A stretch of DNA of 64,000 nt. Source: an uncultured Acidobacteriota bacterium. GTDB taxonomy: Bacteria; Acidobacteriota; UBA6911. Both the position numbers and the translations under genes were made by a program. Every line of letters starts with the position of its first letter. The first letter of the stretch is position 1. Shown in pieces: positions 19,681-29,847 of the stretch. The notes under the pieces are model-generated. The model saw only the letters and a list, made by a program, of their open reading frames with translations, searched no databases and was not told the origin of the DNA. The DNA is taken from contig CAWHCF010000023.1 of the NCBI GenBank assembly GCA_963827655.1, forward strand, positions 256,001 to 320,000, given 5' to 3'.

Positions 19681-19912
19681 GGGTTCGCGCAGAAATAAGT
19701 TCGCATTCTGCTGCAGGCCCCCAGGCCCGCTGGCGAGGCGCGAGCGACGATGCGTACCCGGTGCGGTACGTGAGGAGCGAGCAACAAAGCCAGCGGGCCT
19801 GCGGGCCGCAGCCCGAAGGGGCGCGATCCTCAGCGTGCTTAGCGAACAGAAACCGGTTCATGATTGACACAGACTCTCGCGCCAGAATGTGAAGTGATTT
19901 ATGCGCGAGCCC
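19681..19912. mobile_element. MITE family A, copy 1
   Basis: About 30-bp imperfect TIRs GGGTTCGCGCAGAAATAAGTTCGCATTCTG / CAGAATGTGAAGTGATTTATGCGCGAGCCC, flanked by TAA on both sides. Second copy at 62709-62946. Confidence 0.85.
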
Positions 19913-19964
19913 TAAGTACCCTGTTTGCTTTCTGAATGTACCATAGACTCTTCGCGTCCCGGCG

Positions 19965-20991
19965 GTGGATTCCTTTTCAATCATTGACCGCGAAGTCCGG
20001 AAGACGCAAGGAAAGTCAGCGAAATTGTCCAAGCAGTTCCTTCAAGCTCTGCAGCGTAACCTGCGGCAAGCTTTGAACCAGAATCATGCCGACGAAGCCG
20101 CCGAGATCCTCGACCGCCTCAAGAAGGAGGACCCGCTGTCGCTGGAGACGCGCGGGTTCGAGCTCGAGTTCTACTTGAAATCAAACCGGCTGAGCGAAGC
20201 CGAATCCCTCGCCCGGCAGCTCTGTCACCTGTTCCCGCAGTCGGCCCGAATATTTCCTGTTGGCCGGAAAAGTGGCCTACCGGCAGAAGCGCTACCTGGA
20301 GGCAGAGGCTCGCTTTCGGGAAAGCCATCGGATATTTCCGCACTGGCGCACCGCGCACTGGCTCGGGAAGACCCTTACTCAGTCGGGGAAACTCGAGGAG
20401 GCCGAGCCGCTTCTGCTCGGCGTCGTCGAGCATTCCGGCAACGCGCGACTCGATCTGGCCTGGCTTTACGAGAGGCGAAACGATTTCGATGGTGCGCTCA
20501 AGCAGTACGATGCCTTTCTCGAGCACAACCCGGCTCACACGTTCGCAATCGAACAACAGAAGCGCCTGAAGGCGAAAATCCTCGATCCGGACGCTTTGAT
20601 CGAGGAGGTCGACGCACTCGCCGAGTGGGGAGAGCAGATTCCGGACGCGCTCGTTTCAGAGCTCGTGGAGAAGCTGTTTCAAACCGGCGACAGCCTGCGT
20701 GCCCGCGCCGAAATCACGGCGCGGCTGGGGAAATTCGATACCCGTTTGGGAGTTCGGGTCGCATGGGTTTGCCACAAGTATCAGGCCTATGATCTGGCCT
20801 TGAGCCTTTTCCAGGCATTTCTTCCAGCCAATCTGTCGAACTACAAATACCTGAGGGCGCTCGAGTCGGCTGCAGCCCGGTGTCATCGTGTGCCACAGGT
20901 CATCGAGGCTTATCGAGCGCTGGCAGGGCAGGCTCCGCATCTCCACGGCCGCATCAAGTCGCTGGCCCGGCGCAGTCCGCGTGAAGCATAA
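19965..20991 (+). CDS. Tetratricopeptide-repeat protein (about 341 aa; frameshift near 20255)
   Basis: The helical N-terminus (AEILDRLKKEDP..., LFPQSARIF) joins LLAGKVAYRQKRYLEAEARF, WLGKTLTQSGKLEEAE and DLAWLYERRNDFDGA if one T is removed at TATTTCC. Confidence 0.75.
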
Positions 20992-21055
20992 CAGCCGAAC
21001 TGGAGTGGCGACGCGCTTCGCCAAACCAGGGCGCGAAGCGAGCTCTTAACCTTAC

Positions 21056-21276
21056 GCGCGGGTCATCAAAGGCTTCTTGCAAAACCACCCGTCATGTCGG
21101 ACGGGCTATAGCCCGTCCGGCCTCCTAGCGGCACAAATGAAGTTCAAGGCTAAGCCCTCCCGATTTTCCTACTGGGCAACGGGCCAGATGGCCCGTTGCC
21201 ACAGAAGGCTCGGAAAGTGTCCAAGCCAATCGGCGGGTCGCAGCTGAGTTTTGCTACAGTCTCTGATGACCCGCGC
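21056..21276. mobile_element. MITE family B, copy 1
   Basis: Ends GCGCGGGTCATCA..TTGCAAAAC / GTTTTGCTACAGTCTCTGATGACCCGCGC. Internal hairpins GGACGGGC-TATA-GCCCGTCC and GCAACGGGCCA-GA-TGGCCCGTTGC. Confidence 0.8.
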
Positions 21277-21491
21277 CACACTAACGTATCGACTGCAAAA
21301 GACTATACAACGGCTTTGTGTTGAGAGTATTTTATCGTCGCGGCCTCCCTCCACGCTGGAGCCCGGCATCATCGTGCTAATCGTAGAACCGTTGGATTTC
21401 TCGCGCGCGCCTTGCCTGGCGCAGCCGCTGCTCAGCACGACGTCAAGCCGATAAGGCCGTTGTGCAATCGAACCCGAGAAAGGAGTCATGC

Positions 21492-22196
21492 ATGGCACTG
21501 AGTAATCGCTTGGCGGCCGAGTTCATCGGCACCTTCTGGCTGGTTCTGGGTGGCTGTGGCAGTGCTGTTCTGGCGGCAGCATTTCCAGATGTCGGAATTG
21601 GTTTGCTGGGGGTATCGTTCGCTTTCGGACTTACGGTGCTGACTATGGCCTATGCAATTGGCCACATCTCCGGCTGTCACCTGAATCCCGCGGTGTCGGT
21701 CGGCCTGAACGTCGGTGGTCGCTTCAAAACGTCGGACCTGCTTCCGTATATTGTTGCCCAGGTCCTTGGCGCAATTGTTGCCGCCGCGGTGCTGTATTTT
21801 ATCGCAAGTGGAAAAGCGGGCTTCGATGTCAGCGGTGGTCTTGCGTCCAATGGATACGGGGAACATTCTCCCGGTGGCTATTCGCTGGCCGCCGGGCTTG
21901 TCACCGAGGTCTTAATGACCTTCATGTTCCTCATAATCATCCTGGGCGCCACCGACGAGCGCGCACCCAAGGGATTGGCGCCGATCGCCATCGGGCTGGG
22001 TCTCACGCTGATTCACCTCATAAGCATCCCAGTTACCAATACCTCGGTTAACCCGGCGCGTAGCACCGGACCTGCCGTGATCGTTGGCAGCTGGGCACTC
22101 GGCCAGCTCTGGCTGTTTTGGATAGCGCCGATCATCGGAGCCGCGCTTGCGGGTGTCGTATATCGCTGGCTCGGTGGCGCCAAGAGCCAGGCGTGA
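21492..22196 (+). CDS. aqpZ: Aquaporin Z
   Basis: [28 protein letters not shown] and [10 protein letters not shown] (two NPA motifs); AAGGAG RBS. Confidence 0.95.
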   Translation: MALSNRLAAEFIGTFWLVLGGCGSAVLAAAFPDVGIGLLGVSFAFGLTVLTMAYAIGHISGCHLNPAVSVGLNVGGRFKTSDLLPYIVAQVLGAIVAAAVLYFIASGKAGFDVSGGLASNGYGEHSPGGYSLAAGLVTEVLMTFMFLIIILGATDERAPKGLAPIAIGLGLTLIHLISIPVTNTSVNPARSTGPAVIVGSWALGQLWLFWIAPIIGAALAGVVYRWLGGAKSQA

Positions 22197-22307
22197 CAAC
22201 GGCATTCAGCCGCCGTCGGTCAGGGTTCGCGTCTGGTTGTCCCCGGCCTCAGAAGTTGTGAAAAAATTCAGCGAATGGACCTCGATTGACCGGGAGTCCT
22301 TTGGCTT

Positions 22308-22402
22308 GTGTGGCGCGGGTCTGATGACCCTGTCGCAAAACTCGCCCGGTTCATGTGCGGACGGGCTATAAGCCCGTCCGGCTCCCTAGTGGCACAAATG
22401 AA
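22308..22402. mobile_element. MITE family B, left-end partial copy
   Basis: GTGGCGCGGGTC...GCAAAACTCGCCCGGTTCATGTGCGGACGGGCTATAAGCCCGTCCGG...GGCACAAATGAA matches the copies at 21056 and 63421. Confidence 0.8.
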
Positions 22403-22473
22403 CTCGCGGCTGGGATTAAATTTCCAGTTATGGTGAGCGCACAAGGCGCGGCCACATAAAAACGGAGGCCGAG

Positions 22474-22968
22474 GTGCAAGTGAAGACGCGCCTGGCAAAG
22501 TGGTCGTTGATTCTGCTCTGCTTTTCGATGGCCGGGGCGATCGGGGGAGGACTCTACGAGCACATCGTGTTGATTCCTCTTTGGAGCCCATCGCCACCTT
22601 CATCCTTCTCAGTGATTCAACCCGGCACCGGAGTGCCCCTTCAGCGCTTCTGGATCCCGGTTCACGCGGCCATTACCATCTTCCTTCTCCTGTCGCTGTT
22701 CGTGACCTGGAAGGAAGGCAAGATCCGGCGTTTACTTCTCATTGGTCTCGCTTCCTATCTCGTCATGCGGGTGTGGAGCGCCTTGTTCTTCATCCCCGAG
22801 ATGCTCGAGTTTCAGAAGGTGCCTCTTGATTCCCCTCCCTCGGCAGATCTTTCCGCCCGAGTCGCGAGCTGGATCTTCTGGACGTGGTTCAGGGAGCCTT
22901 TGGACATCGTCTCGTTTCTGTGCTTTCTGCTGGCTCTGTTCTGGTGTAACAGACCTTCCCAGGCCTGA
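22474..22968 (+). CDS. Four-TM membrane protein (DUF1772-like)
   Basis: GGGLYE....PLW...PP.S, FWIPVH and FFIPE motifs; GGAGG RBS. Confidence 0.6.
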   Translation: MQVKTRLAKWSLILLCFSMAGAIGGGLYEHIVLIPLWSPSPPSSFSVIQPGTGVPLQRFWIPVHAAITIFLLLSLFVTWKEGKIRRLLLIGLASYLVMRVWSALFFIPEMLEFQKVPLDSPPSADLSARVASWIFWTWFREPLDIVSFLCFLLALFWCNRPSQA

Positions 22969-23085
22969 CGGCTCCCGTCCACTTCGCGTTTCTTCGTGTC
23001 TTCGCGTGTTAGTGCGGCGGACAAAACCAACCACGAAGACTCGAAGAAACGTTATAATGCGCCGCATTCTTCCGGGGATCGACGA

Positions 23086-25624
23086 ATGAAGCCGTTGAGC
23101 GAACTTCGACAGTTTAACCTTTCTATGGATCGGTGTCTTACTCCTTACCCTGGCCGCCGCCCATCCTCAAGATCAAGTCGGCGACAGGGTCTTCGAGCAG
23201 GAGGTCCAGCCGATCCTGCAAGCCCGCTGCATGCCCTGTCACGACGCCAAGACGCGCTCGAGCGGCCTGTCGGTCCTGACCAAGGCAGATCTGCTCGCCG
23301 GCGGTGCGCGGCGCGGACCGGCCGTTGTGCCCGGCGATCCCGAGTCCAGCGCCCTGATCAAGATGCTCTACGGCCAGATCTCTCCGCAGATGCCCTTCGG
23401 GCAGGATCCCCTTCCCGCCGAGCGGATCAATCAGATCGCGGCCTGGGTCCGGGGTCTGAAACCTGAAGCCGTGTCGCAGGCGGTTAACGAGAAATGGTGG
23501 GCGTTCCAGCCCGTGAAGAGAACCGAGGCGCCCGCGGTAAAGAACTCTTCCTGGGCTCGCAACGACATCGACCGCTTCGTCCTCCAGAAACTCGAAGCGA
23601 AAGGTTTAGCGCCGTCACCCGAGTCTCCGAAGCAGATCCTGCTGCGACGGGCATTCTTCGATCTGGTCGGGATGCCGCCCACACCCGAAGAAGCGATGGC
23701 TTTTCTGAGCGACAATCTGCCCGATGCCTATGAGAGGCTGATCGAGCGTCTGCTGGCCGATCCCCGGTATGGCGAAAGGTGGGGACGGCACTGGCTTGAT
23801 CTTGCCCGATATGCCGATACCCAGGGTTTCGAGGCCGATCGCGAGAACTACCACATGTGGCGGTACCGCGACTACGTGATCCGGGCCTTCAACGATGACA
23901 AGCCTTACGACCGGTTCATCCAGGAACAAATTGCGGGGGACGAGCTGGCGCCCCAGCCGCCCGAGGCCCAAATCGCCCTGGGCTTCCTCCGTCTCGGCCC
24001 GCGCTTCCAGACCACCATTGTCAGAGAGGCGCGACAGCTGATGCTGGATGAGATCACCTCCACCATTGGATCGGTCTTCCTCGGCCTCACGATGAAGTGC
24101 GCCCAGTGTCACGACCACAAGTACGATCCTATCCCTCAGAAGGACTTTTATCGCCTGCAGGCTTTTTTGCTTCCCGTCGAGGTTGTGGATCGTCCGTTCC
24201 AGTTCACAGACCCGGAACTGCGCGCGAAGATGGAGCGGGCCCATGCCGAAACCAGCGCGCGCCTGAAGAGCGATGAGGCGAAATTCAAGACCTATCAGCA
24301 GGCGTTGATGGCCAGACTGAGTGATCCGGCAGACAAGGCCGCCGCTGATACCGACGATGATGAAGGCGCGCCCGGAAAGATCGACCCGAGGATCGCGAAC
24401 CTGGAAAGGCGGATCTACCGGGTTGACGCCAATGCGCTGACGCCCAATGCCGAGGATTCAACCTTTACCCTCGAGGAGAAAGAGAAATATCTCGATCTGC
24501 TGAGCTACGTCGACGGAACCCGGGGTGGACGCGACATGGGATTGACCCGGCGCCAGCTCACGCGATATGAGCCGAAAGCGCACACGGTCAAGAATGCCGA
24601 TAACTCCGCGCTCGGACCCGCTCTTCCCGTGGCGCACGTGCGCATCCGAGGTGAGTACAACCACCTGGGTGAAATCGTGGAGCCCGGGTTTCTCAGCGCG
24701 GTCATTGGTAAACCCGATCCTGCGGTTCTGCCGGCAGACCGATTCGGCAACGTCCGGGCCTGGCGGACGCCGCTGGCCAACTGGATTGCCAGCCCTGAAA
24801 ACCCATTGACGGCCCGCGTGATGGTGAATCGGATCTGGCAATACCATTTCGGCAACGGCATCGTGACCACTCCGAGCGACTTTGGCCGCAACGGATCACG
24901 CCCCACACATCCCGAGCTGCTCGATTGGCTCGCGCTGAAGTTCGTCGAGAGCAAGTGGAGTATCAAAGCGATCCATCGGCTCATGATGACCTCCAGCACC
25001 TATCGACAGACGTCGCTGGGGCCGGCCGAGAAAAAATGCGAAGAGGTCGACCCCGGAAATCTGCTGCTCTGGCGTATGAACCGACAACGCCTGGAAGGTG
25101 AGATTATCCGGGATAGCGTCCTGGCCGTCAGCGGACTGTTGAATCCCGACCGAGGGGGACCCGGTGTCTTTCCGCGCTTGCCCGCGGCGATGTCGGAGCG
25201 TCTGCGAATCAAGAACCTGCCCATCTGGGAACCGAGTGACGGCCCCGAAACGCGCAAGCGCTCCGTGTATATCTATCAGCGCCGCCAGCTGGAAGTCCCG
25301 TTCCTCTCTGTGATGGATGCGCCCGTTTTCCAAACGTCGTGTGAACGGCGCGGGGTCTCGACCACGGCCCTCCAGTCGCTCATGATGCTGAACGGAGATC
25401 TGGTCTCGCAGGAGGCGGTTCATTTCGCCGAGCGCGTGGCCCGCGAGGCCGGCCCGAAGCCCTCGGAGCAAATCCAGCGGGCGTTTCAACTCGCTCTGGC
25501 GCGGCCACCGACGGCCGAGGAGTTGAAGGAAGCACGCGATTTTCTTGCGGCGGCAGACAAAGAAGGACTCGTCGGCCTTTGCCGAATCCTCTTCAACACG
25601 AACGAGTTTGTCTATGTGGATTAA
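23086..25624 (+). CDS. Planctomycete cytochrome c + DUF1549 + DUF1553 protein (frameshift near 23096)
   Basis: The frame extends upstream of the listed ORF through LTFLWIGVLLLTLAAA...FEQEVQPILQARCMPCH. YGERWGRHWLD, CAQCHDHKYDP and THPELLDWLA are present. Confidence 0.9.
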
Positions 25625-27071
25625 TGATCGCGACGGCCTGCCCTTGTCACGCAGGGAGCTGCTCTTCCGTTGTTGGAACGGAATCGGTTCGGTGGCCTTG
25701 ACTTCGCTTTTATTGCGCGAGACGGCGTCAGCCGCCGAGAAGACCTTGCTCAACCCGTGGGCGCCGAAGCGGCCGCACTTCGCGCCCAAGGCCAAGAACT
25801 GCATCTATCTGTTCATGTCGGGCGGGGTCAGCCAGGTCGACACCTTTGACTACAAGCCGGAGCTGGAGAAGCTGGCCGGGAAACCGCTGCCGAAGATTGA
25901 AGGCGTTACCGGCGAGATCGAGGCCTTCTTGAAAGAGCCGCACCAGGCGATGCCGAACCGGTACCCGTTCGCTCGCGCCGGGAAATCGGGACGATACCTG
26001 TCGACACTCTTTGAACACCTGTCGGCCTGCATTGACGATCTTGCCTTCGTGCACGGAATCAAGGTGGACAGCAATAATCACTCCCCGGCGACCATGCACG
26101 TCAATACCGGCTCGGTTTTCCAGGGAAATCCTTCCGTCGGCGCCTGGGTAACTTACGGCCTCGGGAGTGAAAACCAGAATCTGCCGGGCTACATCGTGCT
26201 CCACGATCATCGGGGCGGGCCGGTCAACGGCTCGGCCGTGTGGCAGGGGGGGTATCTGCCGGCAACCTACCAGGGAACCTCGCTCCGTCCCACCGGAGAC
26301 CCGATACTTCATCTGACTTCGCCTCCAGGGATGACTCGAGAGCGCCTCCGGCGAGAGCTTGACCTTCTTCGCCGGATCAACGAGAAACATGCGGCCGCGC
26401 GCGCGGCCGCCGATGACCTCGAGGCTCGCATCGCCGCCTATGAACTCGCCTTTCGCATGCAAGCCGAGGCGCCCGAAGTAGTCGATGTTTCGCGCGAGCC
26501 CGAGCAGATCAAAAAGCTCTACGGGTTGGACAATCCCGTTACCGAGCCGTTCGGCAGGCAGTGCCTGCTGGCCCGGCGCCTGGTGGAAAAAGGAGTGCGC
26601 TTCGTCCTGCTGATTCATGGCTGGGAAAACGGGGCTTATAGCTGGGATCATCACCGGGAGCTGAAAGAACAGCTGCTCCCACGCGTGCGCGAGGTCGATA
26701 AGCCGGTTGCGGCCTTGCTCACGGATCTCAAGGCGCGAGGCCTCTTCGACGAAACCCTCGTGGTCTGGACGTCGGAGATGGGGCGCACGCCCTTCGCCGA
26801 AGGAATCAAAGAACGGCCCGGACGTAATCACAACCAGTATGGCCTGGTGAGCTGGTTCGCCGGCGGCGGCATCCGGGGCGGCGCCACGGCGGGCCGGACC
26901 GACGATTTCGGTCTCAAAGCCGCGGGAGAACCGATCCCGATCCGAGACCTCCACGCGACCGTACTTCATTTACTGGGTCTCGATCAGACGGCTCTCACGT
27001 ACCTCCACGAAGGGCGTTTCAAGAGATTGACCGACACAGGCGGCTCGGTTCTGAAAGAGATCCTGGCCTAG
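25614..27071 (+). CDS. DUF1501 domain protein
   Basis: SRRELL, AKNCIYLFMSGGVSQVDTFDYKP, WDHH and EMGRTP motifs. Confidence 0.9.
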   Translation: MWINDRDGLPLSRRELLFRCWNGIGSVALTSLLLRETASAAEKTLLNPWAPKRPHFAPKAKNCIYLFMSGGVSQVDTFDYKPELEKLAGKPLPKIEGVTGEIEAFLKEPHQAMPNRYPFARAGKSGRYLSTLFEHLSACIDDLAFVHGIKVDSNNHSPATMHVNTGSVFQGNPSVGAWVTYGLGSENQNLPGYIVLHDHRGGPVNGSAVWQGGYLPATYQGTSLRPTGDPILHLTSPPGMTRERLRRELDLLRRINEKHAAARAAADDLEARIAAYELAFRMQAEAPEVVDVSREPEQIKKLYGLDNPVTEPFGRQCLLARRLVEKGVRFVLLIHGWENGAYSWDHHRELKEQLLPRVREVDKPVAALLTDLKARGLFDETLVVWTSEMGRTPFAEGIKERPGRNHNQYGLVSWFAGGGIRGGATAGRTDDFGLKAAGEPIPIRDLHATVLHLLGLDQTALTYLHEGRFKRLTDTGGSVLKEILA

Positions 27072-27110
27072 AAATCGATCACACGAAGACGCGAGACAAC
27101 TCGCGAACCG

Positions 27111-28224
27111 ATGACAAACCTCCGCTCAATTCAGGACTGCGCAGCCGTGTTGATGGCGGCGCTCGTTGGCCCGGCCGGTGATACCAAGGCGATCTCCGAT
27201 GGTTCTGAACCGTGCCGTCAGCGAAAAACGCATCCCGGGTGCCGTGGTTCTCATCAAGCAGCGCGGAAAGATCGTCTTCGAAGAGGCTGCCGGTTACGCC
27301 GATCTTGAAAGCGGTCGCCGGATGCGAGGCGACGATATTTTCATGATCGCCTCGTCGACCAAGCCCTTTGCCGCCAGCACAATCATGGCTCTGGTCGACC
27401 AGGGCAAGATTCGTCTCGACGATCCCGTCGCGCATTACCTGCCCGCGTTCCAGGGAAAATCGACGATACGGCAGCTGCTGAGCCACACCTCCGGCATCTT
27501 CGGGAATGCCGCGAAGCCGGAACAACTCGAGTCCATCCGGAATTTCAACCGCAGCCTCAAAGAGGCTGTCGAGCTGATCGTGCGGCAACCGCTTGAATAC
27601 GCTCCCGGCGAAAAGTATTCCTACGGCGGCGCCTCTTTTTGCGTCGCCGGCCGGATTGTCGAGATGCTCACCGGCCTCGAATTCGATGGCTATATGCAAA
27701 AGGTGCTGCTGGAGCCGCTGGAGTTGCGCGAGACCTTCTACCGCGCAAATGAAAAAGAGAGTGCCGGGCGGTTTGCCATCGTTTACAGCAAGACCGGCGA
27801 TACCTTCCAGCGAACCAAGGCGATCACGGAACCCCCGGATCGCCCGGGCCCGCGGAGCAGCGGTTTCATTCTGGTTCCAGGCGGAATCTACTCGACCGCG
27901 CGCGACGCGGCGGCATTTCTCGAAATGCACCTCAACCAGGGGATGTACAAGGGGAAACGAATCCTGTCGGAATCCTCGACGCGGGAAATGCGCACGAAGC
28001 AAACCGGCGCGCTCGAGACCGCCTACGGGTTGGGCTGGCAACTATCCAGGCTGGGAGCCGGAGGGGTGGCTCTGTCGTTCGGGCATGGCGGCGCCTACGG
28101 AACCGACCTTTGGATCGACCTGGAAAAGAAGCTGGTCGGCGTGATCTTCACTCAAATGCCGATGGCGCAAGCACGCCCTTTCCTCACCGAGATCAAGGAA
28201 TGCATTGAAAAGACGATCCGCTAG
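27111..28224 (+). CDS. Serine hydrolase, beta-lactamase class C-like (N-terminal frameshift near 27200)
   Basis: SxxK (ASSTK), LLSHTSG, PGEKYSY and GHGG motifs. Confidence 0.85.
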
Positions 28225-28240
28225 ACCCGAAGATTTTCTG

Positions 28241-29673
28241 ATAAGAACGGTCAGGATCATCGCCGCGCTGCTGTTCCTGGGGCTGGGGGCGCAGGTCTCG
28301 AGCCGGCCGGCGCAGAAGATGTCTGGCCCCCAGATCCAGGCGGACGCCACATCATTCCACACGGCTTCGTAGTACTGACGGGAGATCTCGCAAGCGAGTA
28401 CAACTACACGCCGGCTGATTACCAGCGCATGGTCTCCCTGGGCGCAAACTTTCAGGTCATTCGAATCTTCGGCGGCGAGATGGGCGCCTGGCCCGGCTAC
28501 AGCCTGAAGCAAGGCTACCTCGACAAGCTCCAGCGCATGGTTCAGCTGGGGAAGAAGGCGGGCCTCCAGACCTCCTTCAAGATGACCATCTACGACATCA
28601 AGGGCTCGGGCAGGTCCGACACCAACGCCTACACGTTCTCCGAGGATGACTGGACCGATTTCTGGCTCAACAAGGCCGGCCGGCAAGAGATCATGATCGA
28701 GGCCTGGCGCCGGCTTTTCGAACACTTCAAGAATGAGCCTGCCGTGGTCGGTTACGATCTGCTCAACGAATCCAACAAGGGAAAACTCGAAATCGACTAC
28801 GCCAGGTACGCTTCGGACTACCTGGTTCCCTATTACCGCAAGGTCATCGACGTCCTGCACAAGGTCAGTCCCGGACAGTGGGCCATCTACCAGCCTCCCA
28901 TCGGCGCCCAGCCAATGCCCGTTCCCTTGGATCGGCCGAGGATTGTTTACGCGCCCCATCTCTATCCCGATTTCAGAGACTACCTGGCCAGCGGAGGAAC
29001 TCCCGATCCGTCAAAATATGCCCCGCTGCTGGATCGCGTCGAGCGCGAGGCCGCGCTTTCCAAGGCGCCGCTGTGCATCATGGAATACGGCAATCCGGCC
29101 CTCCTCGCCAACGATACAGTCCTGGAAAAACAGATCCTGCATGCCAAGGGGGAAAGGGCCGCGGTCGCCGAATTCGACCGGCGCGCCCTCGGCTCGGTGC
29201 GGCCCTGGTTCTGCGGGACCCGGCGGGTCAGCACGAGAGGAAACTTCAAGCTGACCTGGGGCATGTTCCTGGGCGATTCGGACGCTGGCGGTCCGGAACG
29301 CAAGTATATCCTGGACGTTTTTGCGCGCCCGATACCGCTGGTTACGGCTGGAAGAGTCGAGACCTTCGGGTTTGATTTCGCCACCCGGCATTTTGAAATG
29401 AAGTTCACGCCCGATTCAGCCAAGGGGGAATCGGAGATTTTCGTACCTCGCGAGCGGCACTTTCCGGACGGTTTTCGCGTGATCCACGGGAAAGGGCTCA
29501 CCCTGGTGTACGATCCATCGGCGCCGTCGGGCTTTCGAGTTATCACAAATCCAAACCAGCTTGACGCCACGGTCTACCGATGGGATGCCTCTCGAAGCCG
29601 GATCGTGGTCAAGCGGTGGGATACGACATCTGAACCGTTGACCTTGAAGATCGTACCCGGAACCAGGGATTAG
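28241..29673 (+). CDS. GH5-like glycoside hydrolase with endoglycoceramidase-like C-terminal domain (5' region frameshifted, start uncertain)
   Basis: GYDLLNE acid/base, YAPHLY, MEYG nucleophile and RP.P..TAG...F.FD. A signal-peptide-like segment lies upstream at 28241-28300. Confidence 0.75.
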
Positions 29674-29680
29674 CACCAAC

Positions 29681-29796
29681 CAAGGGGCTTCGCCCCTTGA
29701 AATCCCCGCGCGTCCCCTGAGTCCGGTCCAAACTCCGGGAATCATCCCGCGCGCGGGGATTTGAGAAGTCAGAAGCCAGGAGTCAGAAGTCAGAAT
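29681..29796. repeat. Adjacent hairpins plus AGAAGTC heptamer tract
   Basis: CAAGGGG-CTTCG-CCCCTTG; AAATCCCCGCGCG...CGCGCGGGGATTT; AGAAGTC AGAAGCC AGGAGTC AGAAGTC AGAAT. Confidence 0.65.
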
Positions 29797-29847
29797 CCGA
29801 TTGAGTCGATACTAAGGCCTGAACTGTTTTGACGATAAGGAAGGACT

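Noticed and set aside
19864-19892. TTGACA inside MITE-A as an outward promoter
   Set aside because: There is no acceptable -10 at 16-18 bp, and the hexamer is absent from copy 2.
19661-20032. ORFs overlapping MITE-A (also 62443-62995) sharing WGPAAECELISARTLRA
   Set aside because: The similarity comes from the repeated non-coding element; there are no transposase motifs.
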